Of a stretch of DNA of 64,000 nt, positions 33,221 through 43,728 are shown in pieces (position 1 is the stretch's first letter; every line of letters starts with the position of its first letter). The position numbers and the translations under genes were made by a program. A model generated the notes under the pieces. The model saw nothing but the letters and a program-made list of their open reading frames with translations. It searched no databases and was not told where the DNA came from. Location: positions 1 to 64,000 of the IMG/VR virus record IMGVR_UViG_2660238384_000003; one strand, 5' to 3'. This DNA comes from an uncultured virus (IMG/VR IMGVR_UViG_2660238384_000003) (lineage: Duplodnaviria; Heunggongvirae; Uroviricota; Caudoviricetes).

Positions 33221-34312
33221 TTACATGTTCCGGTTCAGGAATGCCTCGACCTGATCGGGGCTCATGCCGCGCAGGGCGTCCGACATGGATGCCGGATCCA
33301 TTGCGGCGATGGCCTCGAATCGGTTGCCAGCCGGTGGCTTGCCGCCCGGGATATCCGAGAGACTGGCCGGCGGTTCGGTCTTGGCTTTGTTGATGGCAGC
33401 CTGGGCCGCAGCCTTCGCGTCTTGCGCGTTCGGCTGCTGCTGCGACTGCTGAGCGTTTCCGGTGGCGGACTTGAACGAACCGAACAGTTCGATGACATCG
33501 GCCGCGGTGCCGTCTTCCAGCACCTTGGCGATGCTCGCGCGCTCATAGGACGGACGGGACGCCACCCAGTCCCCGAACTCCTTGCTCTCCGCAATGGAGT
33601 CGGCGTCCGGGTGGGCCTCGTAGATCGCATTCAGGTGGGCGCTCGCGGCGCTCTCGGCTTCCTTCTTCTGGATCGGTGCCAGCTTCTGGTCCACGAGTGC
33701 GCTCACGCGCGCTTCCACTTTCGCGTCGATCAGCTTCTGGATGCCTGCGGCCAGCGCTTCCTCGCTGAAGTCTCCGAAGATCGCCGGGTCAACCCCCTGA
33801 TCCATGGCAGCCTGAGCCGCCGCCAGTTGGTTGTCCTGCGACGTCGGGGCCTCGCCTGCCGTGGCGCGCGCTGCTGCCTCATCCCGCAGGCGTTGTAGCT
33901 CTGCCTGCGCGGCCTGGGCTTGGGCCTTCCAGTGCTGTTCTCCCTGTCTCGCTTCCACCAGCTTCTCGTAGCCGATGGTGTGCTTGCCGTCCTTGGCCAG
34001 GATCACGGCGTTCTCGGCGTTTAGCTCTTTGGCCTCGGGCGTCTTGCCCTGTTGGTCGCCACCAGCCGAAGCGCCGGCGTCACCCGCGCCCTGCTGCGCG
34101 TCGGTGTTCTGTTCGGTGTTGTCTACCTGATCGGCGGCATCGGCGCTGGCCTCGCCAGCATCGCCGGCACCCTCGTCGGCTGCGACGTTGGGCTCGTCGC
34201 TGTCCAGCATGAAATTGCTGGTATCGCCCATTGCCAGTTCAATCATCCTGGCAGCCTGTTCAGGTGTCGGCCGTCCACCGTCTATCTCTTGGAAAAGCTC
34301 GTCTTTTTTCAT
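33221..34312 (-). CDS. Scaffolding protein
   Basis: Acidic Ala-rich coiled-coil protein between portal and capsid. Confidence 0.75.
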   Translation of the reverse strand: MKKDELFQEIDGGRPTPEQAARMIELAMGDTSNFMLDSDEPNVAADEGAGDAGEASADAADQVDNTEQNTDAQQGAGDAGASAGGDQQGKTPEAKELNAENAVILAKDGKHTIGYEKLVEARQGEQHWKAQAQAAQAELQRLRDEAAARATAGEAPTSQDNQLAAAQAAMDQGVDPAIFGDFSEEALAAGIQKLIDAKVEARVSALVDQKLAPIQKKEAESAASAHLNAIYEAHPDADSIAESKEFGDWVASRPSYERASIAKVLEDGTAADVIELFGSFKSATGNAQQSQQQPNAQDAKAAAQAAINKAKTEPPASLSDIPGGKPPAGNRFEAIAAMDPASMSDALRGMSPDQVEAFLNRNM

Positions 34313-34497
34313 GCCTATCCCGCCACATATCGCCGTGGCCGCAAGGGTCATCAGCAATGCGGATTACTCCGCGTCTCGCCGGCGTTCGGAGACGCCTTGG
34401 CTTGGGCGGCAGTGTCGGAGACAGATGCAGGAAGAACGAAACCCTACAGGGGGTGGCCCGGTAGGGTTTCAGGTTGGCGAGTTGTAGCGGAGGTGTG

Positions 34498-36812
34498 TCA
34501 GGGCTGCGGCAGGTTGTCAGCCGTACTCGGCGTCTCTATTCCGCGCTGGCCGGTCGGAGCTTCGGCCGGCACCGGCGGATATGTCGGGCTGGTGTTCCTG
34601 CGTACTGGAGCCTCCTCGGCCTCAGCTTCTGCCGCTGCCGGCCCCTGCCCTTGGATGTAGGGCGACTTGATGTTCATTGCCGCCGTCTGGTCGGCTACGG
34701 GGTAATTCGGGTCGTCACCAGCAGGGTTCGGGCGCTGGTATCCGGCGCTCTGCATCACGGCGTCGGCGATCGCGCGATCATCGGCATCTGCGCGATCTGG
34801 GCGCCGGCCTGCATGGCACTGAATGCGGCCTGCACCCCGATCTGCACTGCCTTGGCGTTCAGCCCACTGATTTCGCTATCCGCCTTGCGCTCCTTGATCT
34901 CCAGTTCGCGCAGCTTGATGTCGTTTCCGGCCTTGGCCAGGGCGTCCTGCACGGCCTGGTCGATCTGCTGCTGGATCTGCTCCGGGGTCTGCTGTTGATC
35001 AACGGCTCGGATGGCCTCCACCACGTCGCGCTTGAACGGCACGTCCATGAGGCTGACCAGGAACGGCAGGACAGCGGCCTGGTACTGCGGCGGCATGCTC
35101 TTGACGGCCTCGGACATCGCGTTGAGCTGCTGGCCGCGGTAGCTGTTGGTGCTGGGAACGTCCTCGAGGGCGACCTTGATCCGAGTGCGCAGCAGATCAT
35201 TGGACAGGTAGGCGGCGCCGGTCTGCGGATCGCGCTGCGGCTCGTTGAGCACCACGACACGATCGGCGGTCACGGCATCGCCTTCGATAACAACCTCAGT
35301 GCGCTCCTGGCCGATGTCCTCGACGATCATTGCCAACAGCAACTCGCCCACCAGGGTCCGGCCGGCGCGGAAGTTGTCCATGATCCGGCCAATTGACTGG
35401 TTGCTCTGCTCGATCTGCTGCTGTTCCTGGATGCCGCTAGTGGCCGTGCCTTTGCGCCCTTGGAAACCGGCCGTGATGTTGCTTACGCGCTCGATGGTGG
35501 CGCGGTTGTCCTGGAGCATCTGGAAATGCTGGTCGGTCAGGGTGTAGTCACGCTTCACATCGAAGCGCGCACCAGGCTTTGCCATGTGGTTTTCGTCCAG
35601 CACGATGTCCGCATCAGGACGTGCGATCTGCCTCCGGAACTGGGCGTCAGTCATGGCTACCGCGCCCTTGGTACGCTCGACGCGAGCGACGCTCATGCCC
35701 CAGCGCAATTTGCTGACACCACTGTTCAGGCTGTCCTGCGCGTACTTCATGCCGCGCACGTAGCCGTATGGAATGCCAGTGGCATCCTCACGGAAGCCGA
35801 AGAACGGCACGTAGGGGAAGTGCCGGTGCGTGTACGGTGAGGGACCATCGTGCAGGCAGTGCGGTCCCAGCCAGTAGGAGCGGCGCACGCGGGACACCGT
35901 CACCTTCTTTGGAGAAATGCGGCCGGACGCGAGCGCGATGTTGTGCGCCAGATTGTTCGGGTCGTACTCGACAACGCGACCATCCGGCGACTTGAGGACG
36001 TGGACCTGCACCCAGCGGCGATACCACAGCTCTACCAGGCAGATTTCATTGCTGGTCGGGTTGTACCACCGGTCTTCCTGCACGGTCCATGCCCGCGCCT
36101 CGTTCCAGGCGTTGCGCAGTCCAGTGGACGTGCCGCCTTCCATCATCCCGAATTCCGGCCGTCCCCACCAGGTGCTGCCGTATTTGCCCACCATACCTAT
36201 CAGCTCAGCGTGCTCAGGGAACACCAGGGCAATACGATCAGGCGACAGCCAGCGCTGCCGGCGCAGGAAGCGGCAGGCTTCCCAGTCGTCACCGCACTTC
36301 ATGTCCCAGTGGATTTCGTCACGGCGGATTGGCCGACAACGGTACGGGAACTTGAACGGGTCCGACTCGCGGCTGACCTCTACCCAGCCGATACCGCACG
36401 CGATCTGCGGTCGGAACGCTTCGGAGCATGCTCGGTCGGCACCAGACTGGCGCTCTGCCGTGTTCAGCCGGTAGTTCAGGGCATCGGCCACTTCCTGGCC
36501 ACCAACGTCGCCGTTCGGCGTCACCCGCCAGTCGGTGCGAGTGACGGCCTCGTAGCCTTGCAGGGATAGCAGGGCCGGGCCAATCAGGTCTTCTACCGCG
36601 GGCGGGATGCCCAGTGCCTGCTGGCGACGCAGCAGTTCGGTGTCGAGCTGGTTCCCGTCCGCGTAATCCATTTCCTTGTCTGCGACGGCGCGCCACGCGG
36701 GCTGGTCCTCGATTTCGTAGTTGATGTCGGCGTATTCGTCCACGGTCAGCGGCGTGTCGCCCGCAGGTGGCAAGCCGTTCATATACTGGCGGTCGTTCTC
36801 GGTGATCTGCAT
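34498..36812 (-). CDS. P22-like portal protein (frameshift near 34772)
   Basis: DYADGNQ, PYVPFFG...YGYVRGMKYAQD, ATSG motifs; +1 nt joins the 685-aa and 86-aa ORFs. Confidence 0.9.
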
Positions 36813-36822
36813 GTCGTTGTCC

Positions 36823-38454
36823 TCACAGCCGCCAGTCGGTGGGCTCGGCTTCCTGGTATTGGTAATTCATCGTTGCGCTGGACAGCATCCCCAGTTCCTT
36901 CGCCTGCGCCCACTGACGGAAGGCGTCAGCACCCTCGCTGCATCCATTGCTCTTGTCGGGCTCATTGGTGAATCGGTTCTCGGCGCGGTTGAACTTCTTG
37001 CGGTAGCCCTCCAGCCGCTGGATCCCCTTTGCGCATCTGGTTTCGTCCAGGTACGCGGTCTTCATGTGCTTTCGGGTCTGCTGTATGCCCGTCACCAGTT
37101 CGGTTATGCGCGGCACGATGGCGAACTGCTCGCCAGGCATCAGGTCTTGCAGCATTTCTAGCGTGCTGCGGTTGAAGTCGCTCAGGCGTTTGTGCTCAGC
37201 GTCATGCGGCAGAAAGTGCGTTCCGAACAGGTAGCCCCGATCGCGCATTTCCTTGACGTAGTGCCGCAGGTCTTCGTTGTGTGCCTCGTAGTAGTCGATG
37301 AAGCGGTCTTCGCCGTGTAGTTCCTGGTGGAACCAGATGGCGCAGCCATCGCTGCGGCCGATGTCCCAAAAGGTGTTGATCGGCATGTCCAGGATCAGCA
37401 CCTTGGTGATGCCGTTGCGCTTGCGCAGCGTCGCCATGTCCTTGGCGTACCAGTTGCCTTCCGTGCTGATCTGGAAAGCCTCGGCAGGGAAGGATGGATA
37501 TTCCTGCCACATCTTCTCTTCGGCGCCGGAGAAGTCCGCGCGCTTGGTGGCCACATACCATGCACGCTGGTCCGCATCGATAGTGATGCGCTCGCCCATG
37601 TCGCGCAGCACCGTGGCTTCCACCTTCTCGAAGTATTCGTGTTCCTCGCGGGTCAGTTCGATGCTGCGCGAGTCCAGGCGGTACTTCGGCTCCTGCCACC
37701 AGGCGTAGAAGTGCATGCGGTAGTCGCGCGGCGTCAGCTTCTTGCGGCTGGCGTGATTCGCCTCGGCGATCTGCACCATCTTGAAGAACTCGCCTTCGCG
37801 GCCTTCAGCGGTGGACTCAATGACCAGGATGCCGTTGGTTGGCACGGCAGGGATGGAGCCGGTAACGACTTCCTGCGCCTTGTCCGGGTACTTGGCGCAG
37901 ATTTTCCCGAACTCGGAGACGTGCAGGCGGTGGATGGTGCCGGAGCGCATGGACGTGGCCACGCGCACACTGCTGTTGTTGTGGGCGAACAGCAGTTCAT
38001 CCGCGTTGGCTGCGGCCGTAGGGAAGCGCTCGCGGATTTCCTCGGGCAGGTTGTCGTAGGCGAACTTCACCTTGTCCCGAAAGATCACCTTAGCCGCGTC
38101 GCGGTCCTGCGCGATGATGCCGCAGCGCTGGTCGCCGTTGAACAGCGCATGGTCCAGCCACATGATCGCGATCAGCGTCGTAAAGCCGAGCTGACGCGCC
38201 TTGAGGATCAGGTTGCGGTGCCATAGGCGACGGATAAACCGCTTCTGCGCCCGGTTTGGCTTGAAGGGCAGCACAAAGCTGTCGCCTTCCTCGATGCTGC
38301 CGTCAGGGCCGATCTTGTCGTCGCCCTTGATCATGATCTTGTACAGGCAGCCGGAGAACAGGCGCCACTCAGGGTCAGCCAGGCAGCGCGCCAGTTCGGC
38401 CGCGTCCGTGGGGAGCGGCATCAGTGGCTCGTTGTAGCTGACCGACATTCCCAT
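36823..38454 (-). CDS. terL: Terminase large subunit
   Basis: Walker A LKARQLGFTT, LHVSE, IESTA, nuclease WDIGRSD, ADAFR. Confidence 0.93.
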   Translation of the reverse strand: MGMSVSYNEPLMPLPTDAAELARCLADPEWRLFSGCLYKIMIKGDDKIGPDGSIEEGDSFVLPFKPNRAQKRFIRRLWHRNLILKARQLGFTTLIAIMWLDHALFNGDQRCGIIAQDRDAAKVIFRDKVKFAYDNLPEEIRERFPTAAANADELLFAHNNSSVRVATSMRSGTIHRLHVSEFGKICAKYPDKAQEVVTGSIPAVPTNGILVIESTAEGREGEFFKMVQIAEANHASRKKLTPRDYRMHFYAWWQEPKYRLDSRSIELTREEHEYFEKVEATVLRDMGERITIDADQRAWYVATKRADFSGAEEKMWQEYPSFPAEAFQISTEGNWYAKDMATLRKRNGITKVLILDMPINTFWDIGRSDGCAIWFHQELHGEDRFIDYYEAHNEDLRHYVKEMRDRGYLFGTHFLPHDAEHKRLSDFNRSTLEMLQDLMPGEQFAIVPRITELVTGIQQTRKHMKTAYLDETRCAKGIQRLEGYRKKFNRAENRFTNEPDKSNGCSEGADAFRQWAQAKELGMLSSATMNYQYQEAEPTDWRL

Positions 38455-38457
38455 GCA

Positions 38458-39348
38458 TCAGCCCTCGTCGACGGCATCAGGGTCGGAAACGGGCTGCATG
38501 GTGCTGCTACCACTCGCCGGCATAGTGTGCTCAGGGTCATCGGGTACCGGCTTGAAGGCATTGCCGCTGGTACTGGCGATGGTGTGTAGCAGAGCGGTGA
38601 GCGGATCGGTCTTCTGCTCGTTGTCCTTCTCGTACAAGCCAAGGTGCTTGAACAGCTTCTCCATGGCCGCATCCTTGGAGTGCATCTGTATCTCGATGCC
38701 GAACTTGGTCTGCTTGACGCCAGCGAACAACGAGCGGGCACCGTCGGACAGGTTGCGGGTATCCATCAGCACCACGCGCGGAACGCCGTCGCCCGCACAC
38801 TCAGGGCATCCAGGGTGCGGCTCGGCATTGGGGTCGAAGCCTGGGCCGCCCTTGACGTTGAAATCCCCTTTGTCCGTACCGCTGTCGGCTTCCCATTCCG
38901 CGTAGTCCTGGTCGAACTCGTTACGGGTACGCTGATACCTGTGCTCGAAGCCGTGGCAGTACCGGCAGCAACCGATGCGTAACTGCGTCAGTTCGCGTGC
39001 ATCTGCCGTCACCTGGTTCCAGGCTTCACGCAATACACGGTCGGCGGTGATCTGCGTCCGCTCCTGCTGCTCCAGGCGAGCCTTGGCGATGGCCTCCTGG
39101 ATGTTAAGTTTTGTCAATAGCTGGCTACCAATTGAGCGCGCAGTCTTGGCGCTGTACTTGGCACGGATCGCAGCTTGGGTCGCGTTCAGGTCTACCAGAT
39201 ATTCCTGGACGAACGCCGCTTGTTGTGAGGTGAGTTTGGCTGCTGCCTGCCCCTGAGCGTGATCAGGCGCCAGGCGTGCAGAAACCCCGGTAGCGCGCTT
39301 CTTCGCTACCGGGGCCTTCTTCGGTTTGGTGCTGGGCTTCTGAGTCAT
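38458..39348 (-). CDS. terS: Terminase small subunit with Zn-finger insert
   Basis: FVQEYLVDLNATQAAIRAKYS motif; CCRYC...CPEC. Confidence 0.92.
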   Translation of the reverse strand: MTQKPSTKPKKAPVAKKRATGVSARLAPDHAQGQAAAKLTSQQAAFVQEYLVDLNATQAAIRAKYSAKTARSIGSQLLTKLNIQEAIAKARLEQQERTQITADRVLREAWNQVTADARELTQLRIGCCRYCHGFEHRYQRTRNEFDQDYAEWEADSGTDKGDFNVKGGPGFDPNAEPHPGCPECAGDGVPRVVLMDTRNLSDGARSLFAGVKQTKFGIEIQMHSKDAAMEKLFKHLGLYEKDNEQKTDPLTALLHTIASTSGNAFKPVPDDPEHTMPASGSSTMQPVSDPDAVDEG

Positions 39349-39488
39349 GACCCGGAATTGTCCGGGCCAGAGGGGATGGGTCGAACCTTACAGGGGGATC
39401 ATGCAGGTTGGCGAAAACCCTAATCGTTCTGATAATTGTGACAGGCATCTCGTTTTTGCTACGGTCCCCAACTGCTTATGCGAAGTAG

Positions 39489-39725
39489 ATGGACATTGGA
39501 ATGGACGAGATACTGAGGCGTCGATTACGGGCAGAACTGCTAGAGGTAGGTTTCCTCAATCAGTGCTGCCTGGACTTGATGGCAGCCATGGAGTCGGAGT
39601 TTCGCCTCACTCAGGATCAGCACGAGTGCATCGAGCAACTGAGCCGATTCCTGCAGGAAGGAATCGGCAGGCTGACGGCTCTGTCTGAGCGAGTGGCTGC
39701 TGGTGATATCGTCGCCCTATGCTGA
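39489..39725 (+). CDS. Small hypothetical protein oriented against the late operon (moron-like)
   Basis: 73-78-aa helical ORF convergent with 39728-40222. Confidence 0.6.
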   Translation: MDIGMDEILRRRLRAELLEVGFLNQCCLDLMAAMESEFRLTQDQHECIEQLSRFLQEGIGRLTALSERVAAGDIVALC

Positions 39726-39727
39726 GT

Positions 39728-40222
39728 CTATTGCACAGCAGCGACATCACTCATGGCTAAGGTGAGTTGCCCGCCATCGGTCCTGTCTGCGCGCAATGCT
39801 GCCACTTCTCTTTCCAGCTTCCGTATCTTGATCGCCAGCTCTGCGGCCAGTATCTGGTTCGAATGCCCAATATCGATCGCTGCGAACTGCTGAGCCGCAC
39901 CCGCCAGAAGTTCACCGAGCATCCGCTTCTCCGCTGGCGTAAGCGTAATGACGTGATCATCGCTGATCTCGACCTTCGCCCAGCCACCTGGTATCTGCGT
40001 GATAGTGATCGGCCTGGGCGGATCGAACTGCGGTGCCGGTACGAACACTCCGCGCTCGACGCGCAGCACCAGCAAGTCGTCCACCAGGACGGACAGGCGG
40101 TCATCGACAACGCCGGGCTTCAACCCCGTGAGTTCGACCAGGGTCTGGCGAGTGACGATCTGCTGCTGGCTGTGCAGTTCCCGAACTGCGTCGAGTACAA
40201 CCTGGGTCGAAGATTTCTTCAT
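39728..40222 (-). CDS. Winged-helix DNA-binding protein (candidate late regulator)
   Basis: TRQTLVELTGLKPGVVDDRLSVL...RVERGVF wHTH pattern; last same-strand gene before terS. Confidence 0.6.
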   Translation of the reverse strand: MKKSSTQVVLDAVRELHSQQQIVTRQTLVELTGLKPGVVDDRLSVLVDDLLVLRVERGVFVPAPQFDPPRPITITQIPGGWAKVEISDDHVITLTPAEKRMLGELLAGAAQQFAAIDIGHSNQILAAELAIKIRKLEREVAALRADRTDGGQLTLAMSDVAAVQ

Positions 40223-40300
40223 CTGCTCTCCCCTTCAGCGATGAGCCCGTGTTGACGCAGAATGCGCCACTGCTCCTGCAGCCACTCCTTGAACCGAGGG

Positions 40301-40918
40301 TCAGCCATGCCCTACTCCCCTCCCCATCTTGCGCTTCAGCTCCCGAGACAGCGCTCGATACTTGGCCTTGATCTCCTTCAGTTCATCGATAGGAAACCGC
40401 CGGGGCTCGTGCGGCCCCTCTAGCCATTCGACTTTCTCGGCGCCGATGCGCTGGACCAAGCGTATGCGGTACTCCACCGCGTTGCCGGACATGTCCCTGT
40501 TGCAGCGCACGCACTGCCGATGCACGTTCAGCGGCTCGAAGCGCAGAGCCTGACAAGCACCGACGGAGCGGTAATGCCCTGCATCCCAGCGACTGCCGGT
40601 GATCAGCCCTGTGTCACAGGCCGTGGAATCGCAGCTGATACATGGCTTGTCGGCGTCGCGTAGGCGAATCCACTCGTTGAAAGCGGCCTGCGCCTCACGC
40701 ATATGGTCCGAACGGGTCTTGAAGCGTTCCTTGGCCGCACGGATCTCGCGGCGCTCTATCTTCGCCAGAGACTTCCGCTCTCTCTCTCGCTTGGCAGCCG
40801 CCAACGCCAATCCGCACTTCGGACTGCACACTGACTGTAGTGATCGCTCTGGAGTGAATACCTCCCGGCACGCCTTGCACGTCTTCTTGCGAGGCTTCTT
40901 CGCGGCGACCAGCATCAC
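40301..40918 (-). CDS. ninG: NinG/Rap recombination endonuclease
   Basis: CKAC..CSPKC, FNEWIRLRD..CISC, WDAGHYRS, NVHRQCVRCN. Confidence 0.92.
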   Translation of the reverse strand: MMLVAAKKPRKKTCKACREVFTPERSLQSVCSPKCGLALAAAKRERERKSLAKIERREIRAAKERFKTRSDHMREAQAAFNEWIRLRDADKPCISCDSTACDTGLITGSRWDAGHYRSVGACQALRFEPLNVHRQCVRCNRDMSGNAVEYRIRLVQRIGAEKVEWLEGPHEPRRFPIDELKEIKAKYRALSRELKRKMGRGVGHG

Positions 40919-41467
40919 ACCACCTCCTCGGGCATCATGTTGATCATGTCGCCGATCTGCTCTTCGCTCATGCCCGTCCAGTAGTGCTCGATCAGGTGCT
41001 GGCAGATGCCTCGCCAGAACTCAAGGAACCGCTCCTCGGGCATTTCGTCGAACGCCAACGACTCCGGCACCAGGCGCGACACGCGCCCCAGCCCGCCCAG
41101 GTCGAAATACTCCGAGCTACAGCAAACCCCTGCGTCTCCCTGTAGCTTCTTGATCACCGAGTGCGCATCCATCCCCTGGAACCCATCCACATTGCGCGCG
41201 ACCAGTTGGCCCAACCTGTGAACCAGGCGGTGCTTACGAACGTCCCGCGGTTGCTTCAACTCTGCGCGCACCTTTGCGCCGGCTCTATACCCGCGCTCCT
41301 TGAGCAGAAACTTGTCGATGCCGCTGTCGGCGACCAGGGCCAGGCGAACCTCGCCGGTGTCCGGGTCGACCATGCGCTTGAACTCCAGGTAGATCGGCCG
41401 CCCGGCGCGCTTCCTCTTCGCCGCCGCGCTCTTGGCCGGCGCCTGGGTTGATAGTGCTTCAGCCATG
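40915..41467 (-). CDS. nin-region hypothetical protein (MAEALST...)
   Basis: GGAGG RBS; SLAFDEMPEERF motif reminiscent of NinB/DUF1367 proteins. Confidence 0.6.
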
Positions 41468-42314
41468 TTGAACCTCCTGGCTCTGTAGCTGATCGATGGT
41501 TTGAAGAACCGCGGCACGCCGACGGTCCATGTCTTCGCGCTCGTGGCGCAGGTGGCGATCACGCAGTCGGACCTTCGCCTTTTCCCTGCGGACCAAGCGC
41601 TTCTTGATGTCTTCAAGCCGCCGGCGAAAGTCGTCTGGCACATCCCCCCACCAGCAGCCTCCCTCGCAAGGGCTTCGCGGGTCAGTGGATCATTCGTCAG
41701 TGCCAGCAGCCGGTCGGAGGGTCCAGTCAGCAGCCCGGCGATTGCGCTGCCGGCCGGCGTAACCGGCTCGAGTACGTGCTGTTCGAGCAGCAACTGCGCT
41801 GCCGGCGCCGGCAGACGCCCCAGGCGTTCCGCTTCCTCGATCGCAGCAGCTCGGCGGCCCGCATCGCTGCCCAACGACAGCGACCACCTGGCGGGCAGCG
41901 CCTGCTGCCTGGCACGAGTGAGCAGGCGCTCGTAGGCGGCAATGAACGCCATGCGCGCGCCCACCCGGTCACCACGCCCCTTCATGAGCGGTGCGGCTAC
42001 CACAGCCGCCTGCTGGATTTCCGGCGTCATAAGTACCGTTTCAGCCTCGTCGAAGCTCTGCAGGGCGATCGCCCAGGCCTCGTTCGGCTCGGGCCGACCG
42101 TCGGCGGACTCGACATGCCGGAGTACAGCGGCAACCGTGAATCGTCCCCCTCCCGGCGAACGGCCTGCAACGCGGCGGTCAGCACTGGCTCTTCGTATGC
42201 AGCCAGGTCTTGAACCATGAGCTGGGCCGCGGCTGGCGTAAGTTGCTGACCCATTGCCTCGGCGGTGCCGAAAAGGGAAAGCAGCAGGGCGTCCTGCTGG
42301 TCAGGCGTCAACAT
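41459..42314 (-). CDS. Replication protein P-like helicase loader (two apparent deletions)
   Basis: Follows the O-like gene; DGRPEPNEAWA and ARMAFIAAYERL motifs recovered across frames; +2 nt gives 285 aa. Confidence 0.6.
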
Positions 42315-43317
42315 GGGCCGCCCTCCTCGCGCGCTGCTCGGCCAGGGCCTGCTCAGCGGCGGACAAGTTCGATGCGGTGTTCTCCTGCTGGCGTGCCTGC
42401 GTTCCTGTGGTCGGACGATTGGTCAACCACATCGTGTGGTAGCCCTCAGCGTTCGCCAGCAACAGGCCGAGGGGATGGTGCTGAGCAATCAGTCGAGCAT
42501 CGTGGATGCACTTGACGTAGAACGCGGCCACCTTTGGCGCGTCGGCCTGGCCCACACGATCGATCAGCTTCGAAAGCTTGCCGGCAACCGATGCGTTCCA
42601 AACCGGCCAAGCGGTGTATCGAGTGCGATAGGCCATGGCGTAGTTGGCCCATGTGCGGTACGCCTTGCAGTTCGGGTCTTTCGGGCCTGGCATGTCGGCC
42701 GGTATCTGGCAGCGCGGCCCGGGCTCTTGCTCGGCGCCGACGAATTCCCCGCCCGGGGCCGGCGCAGCCTCCCCGGCAATATCCTGATTGGTACCCTGAT
42801 TACTGGTTACCTGATTACTGGTTACCTGATTTGTCGGAGATTTTTCCGACCCTGAACGGATTTTTTTCCGACCTACCCCGGATTTTTTTCCGATCTTGGT
42901 CGGAGATTTTTCCGAACTGCCTGCATCGGATTTTTCTCCGACCTCGGAAGAATTTCCGACCTCGGATTTTTCTCCGACCTGGGTCGGATATTTTTCCGAC
43001 CCGTCCAGTTTCCGATTCCACTCCTGCCCCTTCGCAGTGAGCCGCACGAGTGTGATGGTTGCTGTGCTCGACAGATCGATCACACCGGCCGCAGCGATCT
43101 GCTTCAGCAAGCGGTACGCCGTGTCCGGCTTGTCCGTCAGCAGCGGCAACTCCTCGAGGATCTTCGCTTTGCTCAGGGCGTAGAAATCACCTGCGGGCGT
43201 CTGAACCAGGCGCGCCCAACTCGGGCACTCGTAGACGAAGGCGAACAGCAGCGCCTGCTGCGAGTTCAGCCCCCACTCGAGCGCTTTCGCTTGATTGATC
43301 GTCACGGTGAACTGCAT
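42301..43317 (-). CDS. Replication initiator (lambda O-like)
   Basis: N-terminal wHTH, internal iteron-encoded repeat segment, position downstream of cro. Confidence 0.8.
   Translation of the reverse strand: MQFTVTINQAKALEWGLNSQQALLFAFVYECPSWARLVQTPAGDFYALSKAKILEELPLLTDKPDTAYRLLKQIAAAGVIDLSSTATITLVRLTAKGQEWNRKLDGSEKYPTQVGEKSEVGNSSEVGEKSDAGSSEKSPTKIGKKSGVGRKKIRSGSEKSPTNQVTSNQVTSNQGTNQDIAGEAAPAPGGEFVGAEQEPGPRCQIPADMPGPKDPNCKAYRTWANYAMAYRTRYTAWPVWNASVAGKLSKLIDRVGQADAPKVAAFYVKCIHDARLIAQHHPLGLLLANAEGYHTMWLTNRPTTGTQARQQENTASNLSAAEQALAEQRARRAAHVDA
42784..43001. repeat. Iteron array (about 8 copies of CGGA-x-TTTT-x-CCGA) plus CTGATTACTGGTTAC repeats: probable phage origin
   Basis: Directly visible repeats inside the initiator gene, as in lambdoid origins. 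Confidence 0.8.
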
Positions 43318-43419
43318 GTCAGCCCTGTTCTCGGTTCCCATAGGCCCTGGTTCTCCTGCGCCAAGCGCTGGCTGACGCATCTACTTGCAGCAGTCACGCC
43401 TGCTACGAACCAGTCCATG

Positions 43420-43620
43420 TCAAGAAACGAAGCGCACCTTCTGGGCCGGAAAGGTGCGCACCTCCTCGGCAGTGAAAGTCCCATCAGCATGCGCGGTGAC
43501 GTAGATGTCACGACCAACACGCAAAGCCTTGCTGAGTGCCCCTTGAGTGATGCCGAGTAGCGCCGCAGCCCTGGACTGCCCGTGCTCGGAGGCAAATGTC
43601 TTGATGTGTACTCGGTTCAT
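43420..43620 (-). CDS. cro: Cro repressor
   Basis: GQSRAAALLGITQGALSKALRVGRDIYV...AEEVRTFP, lambda Cro-like. Confidence 0.92.
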   Translation of the reverse strand: MNRVHIKTFASEHGQSRAAALLGITQGALSKALRVGRDIYVTAHADGTFTAEEVRTFPAQKVRFVS

Positions 43621-43651
43621 GACCGCTCTCCAAAGTGTTCCTCACACCAGA

Positions 43652-43722
43652 ATATTACCTGTGGCATTTAAACATTTCAATGCTATAGGCATTTGCTGAA
43701 ATATTACCTGTGGGAATACGAT
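43652..43722. promoter_or_regulatory. OR-like switch: three 15-bp operators (43654-43668, 43679-43693, 43703-43717) with PR and PRM
   Basis: ATTACC-TGT-GGCATT, AATGCT-ATA-GGCATT, ATTACC-TGT-GGGAAT; minus-strand TTGAAA-N17-TAATAT; plus-strand TTGCTG-N18-TACGAT. Confidence 0.8.
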
Positions 43723-43728
43723 TCGAAG

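Noticed and set aside
40915..42030. 371-aa ORF fusing a replication P-like segment to a nin gene
   Set aside because: Product of a frameshift near 41645; the nin gene has its own RBS and ATG at 41467
42784..43001. Repeat array as a CRISPR or ncRNA array
   Set aside because: Repeats are short and degenerate with 2-10-nt gaps, lie inside the initiator gene and have no cas genes: these are iterons
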